From NCBI RefSeq assembly GCF_001194135.2, contig NC_068985.1, forward strand, positions 65,507,655 to 65,541,189: a stretch of DNA of 33,535 bases. Direction: 5' to 3'. Shown here piece after piece: positions 33,442 to 33,535 of the stretch. Origin of the DNA: Octopus bimaculoides (lineage: Eukaryota). The translations under genes were made by a program, and so were the position numbers. The first letter of the stretch is position 1, and every line of letters begins with the position of its first letter. The notes beneath the pieces are model-generated. The model did not search any database and was not told the origin of the DNA. It saw nothing but the letters and a program-made list of their open reading frames with translations.

Positions 33442-33535
33442 CTTTCCGTATTCCCGAGCGTCATACTAATATATATTTTTGTTATTTACACCACCTGTCC
33501 TCGTCTGTTGTTATTATTTGTATATTCTCCCATAT

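Overview
AT-rich eukaryotic genomic DNA. The repeat families look like those I recall from octopus/coleoid cephalopod genomes, so the taxon is an inference. The only host gene found is on the + strand and is missed by the ORF track: three short in-frame GT-AG exons (10167-10234, 14974-15066, 18721-18858) of a HAD-IIA phosphatase (PGP / glycerol-3-phosphate phosphatase-like). Its first exon and its later exons were not found, so the rest of the window is probably intron. The introns are packed with decayed mobile DNA: two Ty3/Gypsy elements, two Helitrons (one with both ends intact, inserted precisely in a Gypsy protease codon run), two mariners (one with both TIRs), RTE-type LINEs, two Penelope-like elements (PLEs), tRNA-derived SINEs and a 437-bp foldback. 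The most interesting signal is four minimal type I hammerhead-ribozyme (HHR) motifs from three unrelated sequence families, three with a palindromic or near-palindromic stem III (decayed in the fourth). One family sits in the tail of a tRNA-headed SINE-like unit inserted as an inverted pair inside a mariner. One nearly intact motif (33405-33441) is sense to the host pre-mRNA. All calls were made by eye; no searches were run.
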